Of a DNA stretch of 64,000 nucleotides, positions 18,501 through 29,500 are shown in pieces. The notes beneath the pieces are model-generated. The model searched no databases. It saw only the letters and a program-made list of their open reading frames with translations, and had not been told where the DNA came from. Source of the stretch: Candidatus Babeliales bacterium. GTDB taxonomy: Bacteria > Babelota > Babeliae > Babelales > JANWKD01. Each line of letters begins with the position of its first letter. Within the stretch, counting starts at the first letter, position 1. The stretch spans positions 1,210,864 through 1,274,863 of the forward strand of contig CAVRJM010000001.1 of the NCBI GenBank assembly GCA_963722075.1, in the 5' to 3' direction. Both the position numbers and the translations under genes were made by a program.

Positions 18501-19367
18501 ATAGCGGTTGTTGGAAATGCGACTTCATTAACGCGTGTAAATGCAGACCCTACCGTTTATGTTTTTGAGTTTACTGGTTCTTTACTTAATCAAGTTGCAA
18601 CTACTGGTGTAGCAGGTACCGTAAATGCTGTTGCATGGGGCCCGCAAAATAATTATCTTGCGGTGGGTGCAATAGGGCTTTTAGATGTATTTAAATTTAC
18701 TGGTGGAACCACCTTAACGCTTGCTGCATCATTGTCCCTTGGTACTGATTCAGCCAATTCTGTTGATTGGGCGGTTGATGGTCGAACCTTGGTAATAAGT
18801 AATACTACTGGAATCTCAGTTGTTGAATTTACTGGAGTTGCGTTAACGCCAATAACAAGCGTATCAACTGGTGTTCAAGTGAATGATGCCCACTGGAGTT
18901 CTGATGGGCAATATGTGGTTATTGGGCAAAATGAAATAGCGGGAGGCGATGTAAAAGCGTATCTATATAATGGTACTTCTTTAACGCTTGAAAGTTCATA
19001 TACGCATGGAGCTAATGTCAGTTCAGTTGCTTGGTCTCGTGGTGGTGAATTTATTGCTATCGGTGGAAATGTATCTGGTGGTAAAACGGAAGAAACACTT
19101 TTTGGGTTAGTGTTTCCTGCTAATACCATTATAAGAAATAATGAAGTTTCAGGAGTGAGCGGGCCAGCGCTTGCAAGTGGAACTCCTGGGTTTTCAACGG
19201 GTCGCGGGATTAGTGCATCTTCAAATTCGAATTTAATTATACAAAATACGGCATTTAATAATGATGTTAATTACGTATTTGTGACGAATACCTTTTCCCA
19301 ATTTATTGCAAATACAGCAAGTCAATTCCCAAGTAATTTAGCTAATTTATCATTCCCTCCATTGTAA
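15582..19367 (+). CDS. secreted repeat-stalk / parallel beta-helix / 7-blade beta-propeller protein (paralog 2)
   Basis: 1261 aa. After residue ~66 the N-terminus up to the repeat array is identical to paralog 1. It has 9 Cys-Cys repeats, a longer beta-helix, seven AWSPDG-like blades, and a conserved C-terminus. Confidence 0.85.
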   Translation: MKNRKLKIFIARMVMVGLLVQHAVPLMAAYEQDSVSEQPAEITLSVQGKRVKSEDSINSNVLIPTAETSEQIVVIDDEQLEHFIASIVKTVARNGTQETLSEEMMIFCEQLLTGKKEFSVGFLCKVVPQLLTLANKSMEEERAMRPNVGFQDGSIVGPLLSCNFDQVLALLHQIFNFLMQCCATIEFDLNGVFTLLNTDFNGTFTFLNEIENTLTTCCAIVENDLNGVFTLLNTDFNGTFTFLDEIENTLTTCCAIVENDLNGVFTALAALTVTVTVDFTDVFTTLDDINNTLTTCCAIVENDLNGVFTVLNTDFNGVFTALADLSVTVTVDFTDVFTTLDEINNTLTTCCAIVENDLNGVFTALKDIGITFTVDITNIFTTLEDINNTLTTCCANIEFDFNGIFTTVTDIIASVSTDFTLALTTLIEINNTLTECCANITNEFNGTFTVLNDIENTLTTCCATVETDLNGVFTLLNTDFNGTFTFLNEIENTLTTCCAIVETDLNGVFTLLNTDFNGTFTVLASLMPACPNTVITQSAVNASGGTYTISNPGNYSLSSDITSTAATIIVIDADQVTLDLCGRSIIGAGVDSGDQIGITVEAGLSDIAITNGDITNMSMDGIFVNSGVSDLSISNIAVNNTGRSGINLEGNSESLITEVVINNCTISLTATGATGIAGLVLNNCDTVAVQGGNFDRNGSLTNVAGILVNACNDCVIDAATMNLNTSTGLLLVDSQNSVVNNVVISRNTGAGIDLSGSSFNTFNNCAITRTVATANNSAYGIRALGGGSNRFENCIIDGTSTAATSSDFEATGILIGSDEQADIIINNQVSNSTASSSGLPFGIHMDYTFTALSNSSLPSITIGTTIDKVAWSPNDKYLAVSFGTLSTTIAVYAFDRDILDLVQVATVALTNACQDLAWSPDGTYLATVEPNGVNGLLRVFLFNGVSLNQIATAAVGTDGGVPESVSWNANGRFIAVVGNATSLTRVNADPTVYVFEFTGSLLNQVATTGVAGTVNAVAWGPQNNYLAVGAIGLLDVFKFTGGTTLTLAASLSLGTDSANSVDWAVDGRTLVISNTTGISVVEFTGVALTPITSVSTGVQVNDAHWSSDGQYVVIGQNEIAGGDVKAYLYNGTSLTLESSYTHGANVSSVAWSRGGEFIAIGGNVSGGKTEETLFGLVFPANTIIRNNEVSGVSGPALASGTPGFSTGRGISASSNSNLIIQNTAFNNDVNYVFVTNTFSQFIANTASQFPSNLANLSFPPL
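16123..17150 (+). repeat. in-frame tandem repeat array: 9 Cys-Cys units (25-54 aa)
   Basis: The unit family is the same as at 12561-13412. Some blocks are nearly identical at DNA level to paralog 1. Units 6-9 have no counterpart there. Confidence 0.85.
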
Positions 19368-19386
19368 TATAATAAGCTAAAATCAA

Positions 19387-19416
19387 AGCCGAGTAGTTTT
19401 CTACTCGGCTTTTTTA
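19387..19416 (+). terminator. rho-independent terminator
   Basis: A 10-bp stem (AGCCGAGTAG/CTACTCGGCT) with loop TTTT is followed by T5, after the stop of paralog 2. Confidence 0.7.
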
Positions 19417-19419
19417 TTG

Positions 19420-19550
19420 CCCATACCGCTTTCTATTTGTAATGCACCAACATTGATGAAAGAATTAGGGTATGGAGCGGGGACCAAAAGTATACCAGTA
19501 AGGATTTATTACTTGAAAAATTAAAAGGTAAAAAGTATCTTAACCTATAA
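19420..19550 (+). pseudogene. rarA: 3'-terminal remnant of rarA/mgsA (replication-associated recombination protein A), frameshifted
   Basis: Read by eye. PIPLSICNAPTLMKELGYGAG in one frame and DLLLEKLKGKKYLNL* in the next match the conserved RarA C-terminus (vP.hLrNAPT.LMK.lGYG.gY ... YLP..L.G..YY.P). No upstream part of the gene is present. Confidence 0.55.
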
Positions 19551-19657
19551 AATCTTGTTTTTATCCTTAAATAATTGCTATTATTAAATTAAATAATAAG
19601 TACGCGAATTCGATGAAAGAGTATGATGAAATAACTGATGATCAGACAAAAACCACT

Positions 19658-19752
19658 GTCATTCTGAGATCTTGCTTTGCAAGATCGTAAGAATCCAGTT
19701 ATAAAGATTTTTCATTTTATTCACTGGATCCTTACGCTGCGCTCAGGATGAC
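19658..19752. repeat. GC-rich palindromic intergenic element (copy A)
   Basis: GTCATTCTGAG...GAATCCAG, an AT-rich spacer, then CTGGATCCTTACGCTGCGCTCAGGATGAC. The two arms are inverted repeats of each other. Confidence 0.7.
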
Positions 19753-19831
19753 ATATGTAAAGTAGCATTGTTATTAGTTAAATAATTAATATTAAATTGT
19801 CGAAACTCACCTTATAAAAAAAGGAGAAAAA

Positions 19832-20236
19832 ATGGTTAATATAAGAAATTTTTTACTTTTAATAATGATAACTTTTATTGGTTTAATAAGCGCTGTTGCT
19901 AAATATAAGGTTCCGGTAATAACGGAAAAAGAAGTAATGGCTATTTTAGCACCGATTGAAGTACCAGTGGAAACAGCTCAGAAAGTTAAATGTTATTGTT
20001 CATTTAAATGTGGGCCACGAGATGTTAAGCCTGATGATACGCCATTTTATGATGAAGAAGTTGGTGTCTGTTTTTGCAAAAAACGTGACCAAGAAGCCTA
20101 TGCGCAACCAGTTCATGAATGTCATAAAAAAAAGAATGTTGATTTTCCTAATTCATGTGGTAGAAAGCAGTTCTTTAGAACGCCTAAAAATATTCCGGCT
20201 ACTACTTCTTCAACTACTGTTCCGGCAAATAAGTAA
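19832..20236 (+). CDS. small secreted Cys-rich protein, hypothetical
   Basis: 134 aa with AGGAGA upstream and a signal-like N-terminus. Eight Cys residues occur in KCYCSFKCG...GVCFCKK...HECH...NSCG. Confidence 0.6.
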   Translation: MVNIRNFLLLIMITFIGLISAVAKYKVPVITEKEVMAILAPIEVPVETAQKVKCYCSFKCGPRDVKPDDTPFYDEEVGVCFCKKRDQEAYAQPVHECHKKKNVDFPNSCGRKQFFRTPKNIPATTSSTTVPANK

Positions 20237-20249
20237 TAATTATCAAAAT

Positions 20250-20341
20250 GTCATCCCGAGCGAACGCGTGGGGATCCAGGTTCCATTAAAAATGTTTTGA
20301 TTTATTTATTCACTGGATCCTTACACTCCGTTCAGGATGAC
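20250..20341. repeat. GC-rich palindromic intergenic element (copy B)
   Basis: GTCATCCCGAGCGAACGCGTGGGGATCCAG, a spacer, then CTGGATCCTTACACTCCGTTCAGGATGAC. It has the same layout and orientation as copy A. Confidence 0.7.
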
Positions 20342-20572
20342 ATTCATAGGTTTCATTAGATTATAATTATTCTTATTAATTAATGAGCTAAAAAAGATTA
20401 ATTATTCTATTTCTTAGTCAAAACTTATCTTGATCGAATGTACGTCTAATTAGTTAAGAATCAAATATTTATTAATTCTTAAACACTTTTCAATGAAGTC
20501 TTGATTTTTTAAATTCCCATTTCTTAAGGTGGGCATAGAAAAATTTAAGATATCAATTGTTAAGGTGTTTAT

Positions 20573-23500
20573 ATGCAATTTTTTTTATTAATTCTATTAA
20601 CATTTTTTGTTTCGCTTTACAGTGAAGGTTCCCTTAAAGAATTATCGTCCCAGAACAGCTTCATAGAGATTGGCGTAGTGCGTGCACCACGACCATCAAC
20701 TACTGAGGGCGGATTTATTGGTTTAGCAGGCCTCTTTACAACAACTCCTTCTATTACTGAAATAGAAAATATTGTATTTAATAGCGGATTCATCCAGGGC
20801 CCGATAGCTTCTACTATAGATGCGGTACCTCGTTTTGCTAATACAACCGGAAACCTTTTAAAAAATTCATTAGTGTTGGTGGATGATGCAGGTAATATTA
20901 CGATTAATGGCATCACTAAAAATGGTAATACGGTATCATGGCCTTCTATTGTAGGAGCTGCAGGAACTTTTTTAGGAAGTGATGGTGTTGGGAATTTAAT
21001 TTATTCAACACCTGTTGGTAGTGGCAACGTATCAACAGCACTTCCTTTCACCACTAATGATGCTATTACTACCGTAGATATATTAAGCGGTTCACATGAT
21101 ATCAAGCAAACAAGCGTTACCATTGATAGTAGTGATAATATTAATGGCATTAATTCTCTCAATGCTAATGTAGTCAATGCTCCCGCCTTAAATGGAAATG
21201 CAACATCTGCAACAACTGCAGGAAGTTTTACTGGTGTACTTGCTGGTGACGTAACAGGGCCGCAAAGTGCGACGGTGGTAAATTTTGTCGGAGGCCAATC
21301 GGCAGCAAATGTAGCAGCGGCAACCGTGCTTGCCAATGCGGCAACAAGTAGTGACGTGCCAAATACATTGGTGTTACGTGATGGATCTGGCAACTTTGAA
21401 ACTAATATGATTACTATTGATGGTACGGTAACCAATCCAACTGATGTGGCCACCAAACAATATGTGGATGATGCGGTATTAACTGGTTTTGTTATTAAGG
21501 CGCCTGCTGTTGCATATGGTGCATCTAATATTACATTGTCTGGTCTTCAAACTATTGATGGGGTGGCACTTAATTCTAATGATCGCGTGTTGTTGAATGC
21601 TCAAACAAATCCGGTACAAAATGGCTTATGGTTAGCTCAAGTGGGTGCATGGACGCGGCCTGCTGATTTTGCTTCAGGGACTCAAGCGGAACGATCATAT
21701 GTACTTATTACTTTAGGCACTGTTTTTGAAGGATCAAGTTGGGTTTGTGCTACACCAAATGCGATTATTGATACCGATCCTATAACATTTATTGAATTTT
21801 CGTTACCCAATCAGACGACGGGGGCAAACGTTGGTGTGGGTCAAGGACAGATATTTCAAAGTAAAACCGGAAATACACTCAACTTTAGAACAATTCTTGC
21901 TGGTCCACATATAGTGGTGACTAATGATCCCAATGATGTCATGATTTCTACGGATGCTACGAATGCAGATACGCCCAATACAATAGTGCTCCGTGATGGC
22001 TCAGGCAATTTTTCTGCCAGTACTATTACGGCGGCCTTAACCGGTGCTGCATCATTAAACGTACTTAAAGCCGGTGATACGATGACGGGCAACCTCAATT
22101 TAGCGTTGCAATCACAGCTTCGTTTGCAAGATTCAACGGGTAGCGGCAGTTATGTTGGCTTGGATGCACCTGCTGTTGTTCCAGTAAGTTATACCGTAAA
22201 TTTACCAGCAAGCGCGCCGACAACGGGCCAAGTGTTACAAGCAACCTCACCAACGGCATTACAATGGGCGACTGTTGGTGGTTCGACTATTAGTGAGGCA
22301 TATTATGTGGAGCTTAGTGGTAGTGATGCAAATAACGGTTCTTTCTCAGCCCCATTTAGAACGGTAGCGCATGCCGTAAATGTGGCAAATGGCGTTGCGA
22401 GCCTAGCTAATCCGATAGTTATTCATGTAGGAGCGGGTATATTTGTAGAAAATAACAGCGGTGGCCCAATAACTATTAGTGCAGATGGCATTAGCATTGT
22501 AGGAAGCTCCAATTCTGGTACCACGATTGTGCCAACTTCATTAACCAATGATCTATTTAATATAGCCGCGGCAAATGTTGAATTTGATAATTTTACCATT
22601 TCAATATCTAATTCTACCTCAACCGGAAATGCAATTACATTATCAACGAGCAGCGCTGGGTTAGCAACTTTTAATACCATAACTATTATTGGTGCATTTA
22701 ATAATGGTTTTAATTTAAGTACCAGTGTGGGATCATCGTCAGTAGCCTTTAATAACATTTTAACAGGCGGATGCACTACCGCGATCTCATTAAATAATAT
22801 GCAATGCGTAATCAAAAATTCACTTTTTCAAGGATCATTAACAACAACGCCAGCTAATACCGGTTTTTCAATTACGGGAACCAATTCAATCATTTATGTA
22901 CTTGGGAGTTTATTACGCTTATGTAATACCGCATTATCAATTACGGGGGGTGCTAATATTCATGTTATTGGAACTACTATAGAATCTAGTATTAATGGCA
23001 TAGTGGCAAACGGTGGCAGTATTGTAGAAATGGTGGGCGATAACTTTTCGTTTAATAGTCCTAGCTCTATAAATGTATTTGCATCGGGTGCTAACACGAA
23101 CGTAACGGTTGATGGTTGCCAATTTGCCTGCGCTGATATGGCGGGAAATTCACAAGGCACTGCGGTGCAAGCAACTAATCAAGGGACCATATTGCTTGTT
23201 GGATCAAGTATTGAATATGCAGTATTAGGGATACAATGTGGCGCGGTGAGTGATACCAGTGCTACTTCTATCCGCGCAAATGCTACAACGCTTATAGGAT
23301 GTACTACCGATATACAACAATTAGGAAGTTCTACTTTTAGATTTGTAGGCGGGGTATTTGATGTTAATAAAATAAGCATAGCTAATGCAACAAATGTTAC
23401 CTTTGCTGCTTTTGATCGCACCAACAATGAAACATTAGCATTAGGTAGTAATGCTGACACTAATCAAACATTATTTGAGGTATTAAATGCACAACCGACG

Positions 23501-26500
23501 TTGCCTTATCTTCAATATATGTCAAATTATTATGGTGCAAAAGGACCGGTATATGTAAATCCAAATGCTGATCCTACCTTAAACGGTGTTCAGGCGCAAA
23601 GTAATAACGCTTCTTATTTTGTGGTGACGGGTGACAATACCAAACAAACAGGAATTAATTTATTTTCTGATACCGCAAATTTTGGCAATTCAGATAATAT
23701 ACGTGGTTGGGGAATCACCAAAGTAGGATCCTCTGCGGCATTAACATTTGTTTATACTAATAATGATTCTTCAGGCCAAGCATTACGTGGCTCAAATACG
23801 GTAATGCAACTTAACGGATTTGATAATCAAGTGGAATTCCCCCTTGCAACTAATGCACCGCTGCCAACTAATACGGTGGCAAAACTTGTGTGGGCAGGTG
23901 ATACCGATTTATATCGCTCTGCCGCTAATACTTTACAGACAGATGGTAATTTAGTTGTTGGTAGCTTAACACCAGCGGGAGTGGTCCATAATAATAATAC
24001 CGGTTTACTATCTACTTCACTCATAGTAAATGCCGATATAAGTAACAGCGCAGGAATTACTGATAATAAATTAGCAACCATTAGTACACCAGGAAAAGTA
24101 GCAAACTCAGCAACCACCGCAACGAGTGCGAATGTTCCAAATACCATTGTATTGCGTGACGGTTCAGGAAATTTTGCAGCAGGCACTATTACGGCATCAT
24201 TAATTGGTGCTGCGTCACTGAACGTGCTGAAGACCGGTGACACCATGACTGGCAACTTATTAATGGCAAACCAATCACAACTGCAATTCCAGGATAGCAC
24301 GAGTGGTAATTATGTAGCGATAGATGCACCAACAACCGTAGCTGCTACTTATACCGTTAGTTTACCCGCAACGGCACCACTGAGCGGTCAAGTATTGCAA
24401 GCAACATCGCCAACTACCCTCACCTGGGCATCGGTAGGTGGTTCCCCTGCGGTTGCTAAAACATATTATGTTGCTTTAAATGGTAATGATAGCAATGACG
24501 GATCATTTGATGCGCCATTTAGAACCGTTGCGCATGCAGTGAGCGTAGCAAATGGGGTTGCAAGTAGCGCAAATCCTATTGAAATTAGTATTATTGGAGC
24601 AGGAATATTTATTGAAAATAATTCAGGAGGTCCAATTACCGTAACTGCTGAAGGTATAAATATTATTGGTAGTTCAAATCAAGCAACTATTATAATGCCC
24701 ACAACGGCGGCAAATGACCTTTTTAGTATAGTAGTTCCCTCAGCAAAATTTGAGGCTTTTCAAGTAGCGTTATCGGGAGTTGGGTCGACCGGGAATGCGG
24801 TTACGTATAATGCAGGTCCTATCGGTGTTGTTACTATCGATAGAGTTGCGGTAAACGGGTCTTTTAATAATGCTTTTGCAATAAACGCAACTTCTGGTAC
24901 TCCAACAATAATATTAAATAATATTTTATGTGGCGGCTGTGTTAATGCCATTTCGATTACTAATGCGCAATGCGTTATTAAAAATTCTATTTTTCAAGGA
25001 TCATTGACAGCAAGCCCAGCAAATAATGGTATAAGCATTACCGGAACGAATGCTATTGTATTTTGTCTGAGTAACGTATTTAAATTATTTGCTAATGCTA
25101 TAAGTGTAACGGGTGGTGCAAGTGTTCGCATCTTGGGATCTAATTTTGAATCTACTACTAATGGATTAGCTGCATTAGGAGATAGTAACTTAACGATTGT
25201 TGGTTGCAACTTCATACTTAATAATCCAAGCTCAATAAATATTGCAGCTGCAGGGGCAAATACTGCTATTACGGTAGATGGATGTCAATTTCAATGCAAT
25301 GATGCAACGGGCAATCCACAAGGGACGGCACTTAAAGTAACAACAGGTGCATCAATACTTGCCGTTGGATCTTCTATTACAAATGCTGTAGTAGGTATTC
25401 AATGTGGTACAGCGGGAGACGCCAATACCACCGTAATGCGTGCGAATGCTACTACTTTAATTGGCTGTACTACTGATATTGTACAAACAAGTAGTTCAGC
25501 ATTATTTTTTATTGGTGGGGTATTTGACTCAAATAAGTTATCTTTTGCAAATCCAGCAAATGTTAGTTTTAGCGCATTTGATAGAACAAATAATGATGCA
25601 TTGACGCTCGGCAATGATGCTGATACTAATCAAATGTTAATACAAGTTTTAAACGGTGAGTCACTATTTCCAAATTGGGCATATCGATCGAATTATTACG
25701 GTACTAAAGGAGTTGTTTACGAAAATCAAAATAGTGACGCAACCTTTAATGGCGTGCAAGCGCAAAGTAATAATGCATCATATTTTGTAGTTACGGGAAA
25801 TAATGCCGCTCAAGCGAGCATAAATCTTTTATCCGATACAGCAAATTTTGGTAACCCTAACTCCGAGAATGTTCGTGGCTGGAGCATTGTTAAAACAGGT
25901 ACATCTGCCGACTTAGCATTTACCTATACTAATAACGATTCATCAGACCAAGCATTGCGCGGTTCTAATACCGTGATGCAACTTAATGGTTTTGATAATC
26001 AAGTAGAATTTCCTATTGCAACTAATGCACCGCTGCCAACTAATGCGGTAGCAAAATTAGTATGGGCTGGAGACACCGATTTATACCGTTCAACTACAGC
26101 AACGTTAGCAACTGATGGTAATTTAATTGTTGGCGCATTAACGCCTGCTGGTGTAGTGCATAATAGCAATACAGGATTACTTTCTACCTCGCTAATTGTA
26201 AATGCTGATATCAGCCCAGCCGCTGGGATTACTGATGATAAACTGGCAACCATTAGCACACCAGGAAAAGTTGCCAATTCTGCTACCACCGCAACGAGTG
26301 CTGATACGCCAAATACCATTGTACTGCGCGATGGTTCAGGAAATTTTGCAGCCGGCGCTATTACGGCATCATTAATCGGTGCTGCATCATTGAATGTGCT
26401 CAAGACTGGCGACACGATGACCGGTAATTTATTAATGGCAAACCAATCGCAAATACAATTCCAGGATAGTACCAGCGGTAATTATGTTGCAATAGATGCA

Positions 26501-29500
26501 CCAACAACGGTAGCTGCAACATATACCGTAAGCTTGCCTGCAAATGCGCCAACAACAGGCCAAGTATTGCAAGCAACATCACCAACAACACTCACCTGGG
26601 CATCGGTAGGCGGCTCACCAGCAATAGCAGAAACCTATTATGTTTCCCTTGCTGGTAGCGATAGTAATGATGGGTCTTTCTCGGCGCCATTTAGAACGGT
26701 AACTCATGCGGTGAACGTAGCTAATGGCGTAGCTAGTCTTGCTAATCCTATTGTTATTAATGTGGGTGCCGGTAATTTTGTTGAAAATAATACCGGTGGG
26801 CCAATTATTATTTCTGCTGATGGCATTAGTATTGTGGGGGCTACGCTTGTAGCTACTACCATTATACCAGCAAGTAGTACTGTCGATTTATTTCATATAA
26901 CAACAGGCAATGTTGAATTTCAAAATATATCATTGACGACACCGTTTCCTGGCTCTACAGCAAGTGCCGTTGTTATTACTATTTCGTCGGGGACGCCCCA
27001 ATTTAATACTATAACAGTGGGGCAATTCCAAATGGGATTTGACTTAAGCAGCTCAGTAATAACAAACATTCCTACTGTGGTATTTGAAAATATGCAATGT
27101 GCCGGTAATGGTACGAATATTATAGCTAATAATATCAATGCGGTGATTAAAAATTCTGTATTCCAAGGGCCATTATTCTTTGGGAGTGCAGCAAATAACG
27201 GCATTATATTAACAGGTGCAAACACACAAGCATTAATTTTAAGTTGCGCATTAAAATCATTTGACAATGCGCTACAAATTACCAACGCTGCACAAGCACG
27301 AATTCTCAGTGTTGATATTGAAAGCTCTACCACAGGCATTTTGTGCAATGGTGTATCAGATGCTTCAATTATTGGTTGTAATTTCTTTATCAATAATGCA
27401 AATTCGATCAACGTAAGTGTCTCAGGAGCAGGTACCAATATTACAGTAGAAGGTTCTCACTTTGAAGGATCTCTTGCGGGTGATACGCCATTGGGTACTG
27501 CACTTCAAGTAATTAATGGAGCAGTACTTTCAGTTGATTCTTGTGCTATCGAAAATGTTGCGGTAGGAATTCAATGTGGTAATCCGGGTGATACGGTTAC
27601 CACATTCTTAGAAGCAAGCGGTGTCGTTCTATCTGGCTGTACGGTAGATATTCAGCAAAATGGTGCTTCAAAACTTAATTTTTTTAGCGGCGTAGTTGAT
27701 ATCGATAAAACATTTATAAACGACCCAACCAATGTGAGTATTGCTGCATTTAATGATCAATCAGAATTAGTAATAGGGTCAGGAGCTAATACTGAACACC
27801 TGCTTTATGAGGTGCTTAATGGTCAAGTGCCAAGACCAAGTCTTACCTATGAGCCGGATTATTATGGAAAAATGGGTACGGTATTTGTAAATAGTAATAC
27901 GGGACAAACATTTAATGCAACGCAAGCACAAAGTGATAATGCTGCCTATTTTGTAATTACCGGCGATAACACTAAAGAAGCAGGACTTAATTTATTTTCA
28001 GATACTGCAAATTTTGGTGATCCAGATAATGTACGCGGGTGGGGAATCATAAAAACAGGGACATCTGCCGATTTAGCATTTACCTATACTAATAATGATT
28101 CGTCAGGACAAGCATTACGCGGTTCTAATACCGTGATGCAGCTCAATGGCTTTGATAATCAAGTAGAATTTCCTATTGCAACGAATGCACCATTGCCAAC
28201 TAATACGGTAGCAAAATTGATATGGGCTGGAGACACCGATTTATATCGCTCAACTACAGCAACGTTAGCAACGGATAGTAATTTTGTGGTTGCGCAGAAC
28301 GTAACCATTTCAAGTTTAACACCGGCTGGCGTAGTGCATAATGATAATACTGGTTTGCTTTCGACATCATTAATTGTAGACGCCGATATTAGCGCAAGTG
28401 CAAATATTGCTGATACAAAATTGGCAACGATTAGCACGCCCGGTAAAGTAGCAAATTCCGCTACTACAGCAACCAGTTCAGATGTGCCAAATACTATTGT
28501 GCTTCGCGATGGGTTAGGAAATTTTGAAACCAACATGATTACCATTGATGGAACTGTTAGTAATCCAACTGATGTTGCAACAAAGCAATATGTGGATAAT
28601 GCAGTAACAACCGGATTTGTGGTAAAGACAGCTGCTTTAGTGACCAGCACCGTTGATGTTGCCATTAGTGGGTTACAAACAGTTGATGGTGTGATGCTGA
28701 CCACCAGCGATCGAGTATTATTAGTTGGGCAAACAGATGGCGTAGAAAACGGATTATGGCTCGCTGAAGTAGGAAATTGGATGCGCCCAACTGATTTTTC
28801 TAGTGGTACTTCGGCTGGTAATTCATATGTACTTACCCTTTCAGGTACCGTAAATGGCGGGTCCAGTTGGATTTGTATTACGCCAACATCAATTATAGAT
28901 ACTAATACGATAGAATTTACTCAATTTGCATTAGCAAGCCAAACTACCGGCGCCAATGTGGGAGCAGGTACGGGGCAAGTGTTTCAAAGTAAAACCGGAA
29001 ATGTGTTGAATTTCAGAACACTTCTTGCCGGAACTCATATGGTAATAACAACTGACCCAAATGATGTAGCAATCGCAACTGATGCAACAAGCGCGAATAC
29101 ACCAAATACGCTTGTGGCGCGTGATGCCTCGGGAAATTTTGCTGCCGCGACTATTACGGCAAATTTATCGGGTAATGCTTCAACCGCAACATCCGCCACC
29201 AATTTTACCGGGGCGCTTGCTGGTGATGTTACTGGAACACAAGGAGCAACGGTGGTAAATTTTGTGGGTGGGCAAAGTGCAGCCAATGTTTCTTCAGCAA
29301 CGGTAGCAGCAAATGCAGCAACCAATTCTAATACACCAAATACGATCGTATTGCGCGATGGATCTGGTAATTTCTCAGCAGGCACGATTACGGCAAATCT
29401 CACCGGAAATGTTACCGGGAACTTAACTGGTAATGCCACAACTGCAACTAATGCAACGACGGCGGTAAATTTCAGCGGTTCGCTAAATGGAGATGTAACC

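Noticed and set aside
19956-20300. 114-aa alternative-frame ORF overlapping 19832..20236.
   Set aside because: It lacks an RBS and runs into palindromic element B. The overlapping frame with signal peptide, RBS and Cys pattern is preferred.
20453-20481. 8-bp-arm palindrome (TTAAGAAT...ATTCTTAA) about 100 nt upstream of the giant gene, considered as an operator.
   Set aside because: Short AT-only arms are expected by chance in this composition, and there is no supporting second copy.
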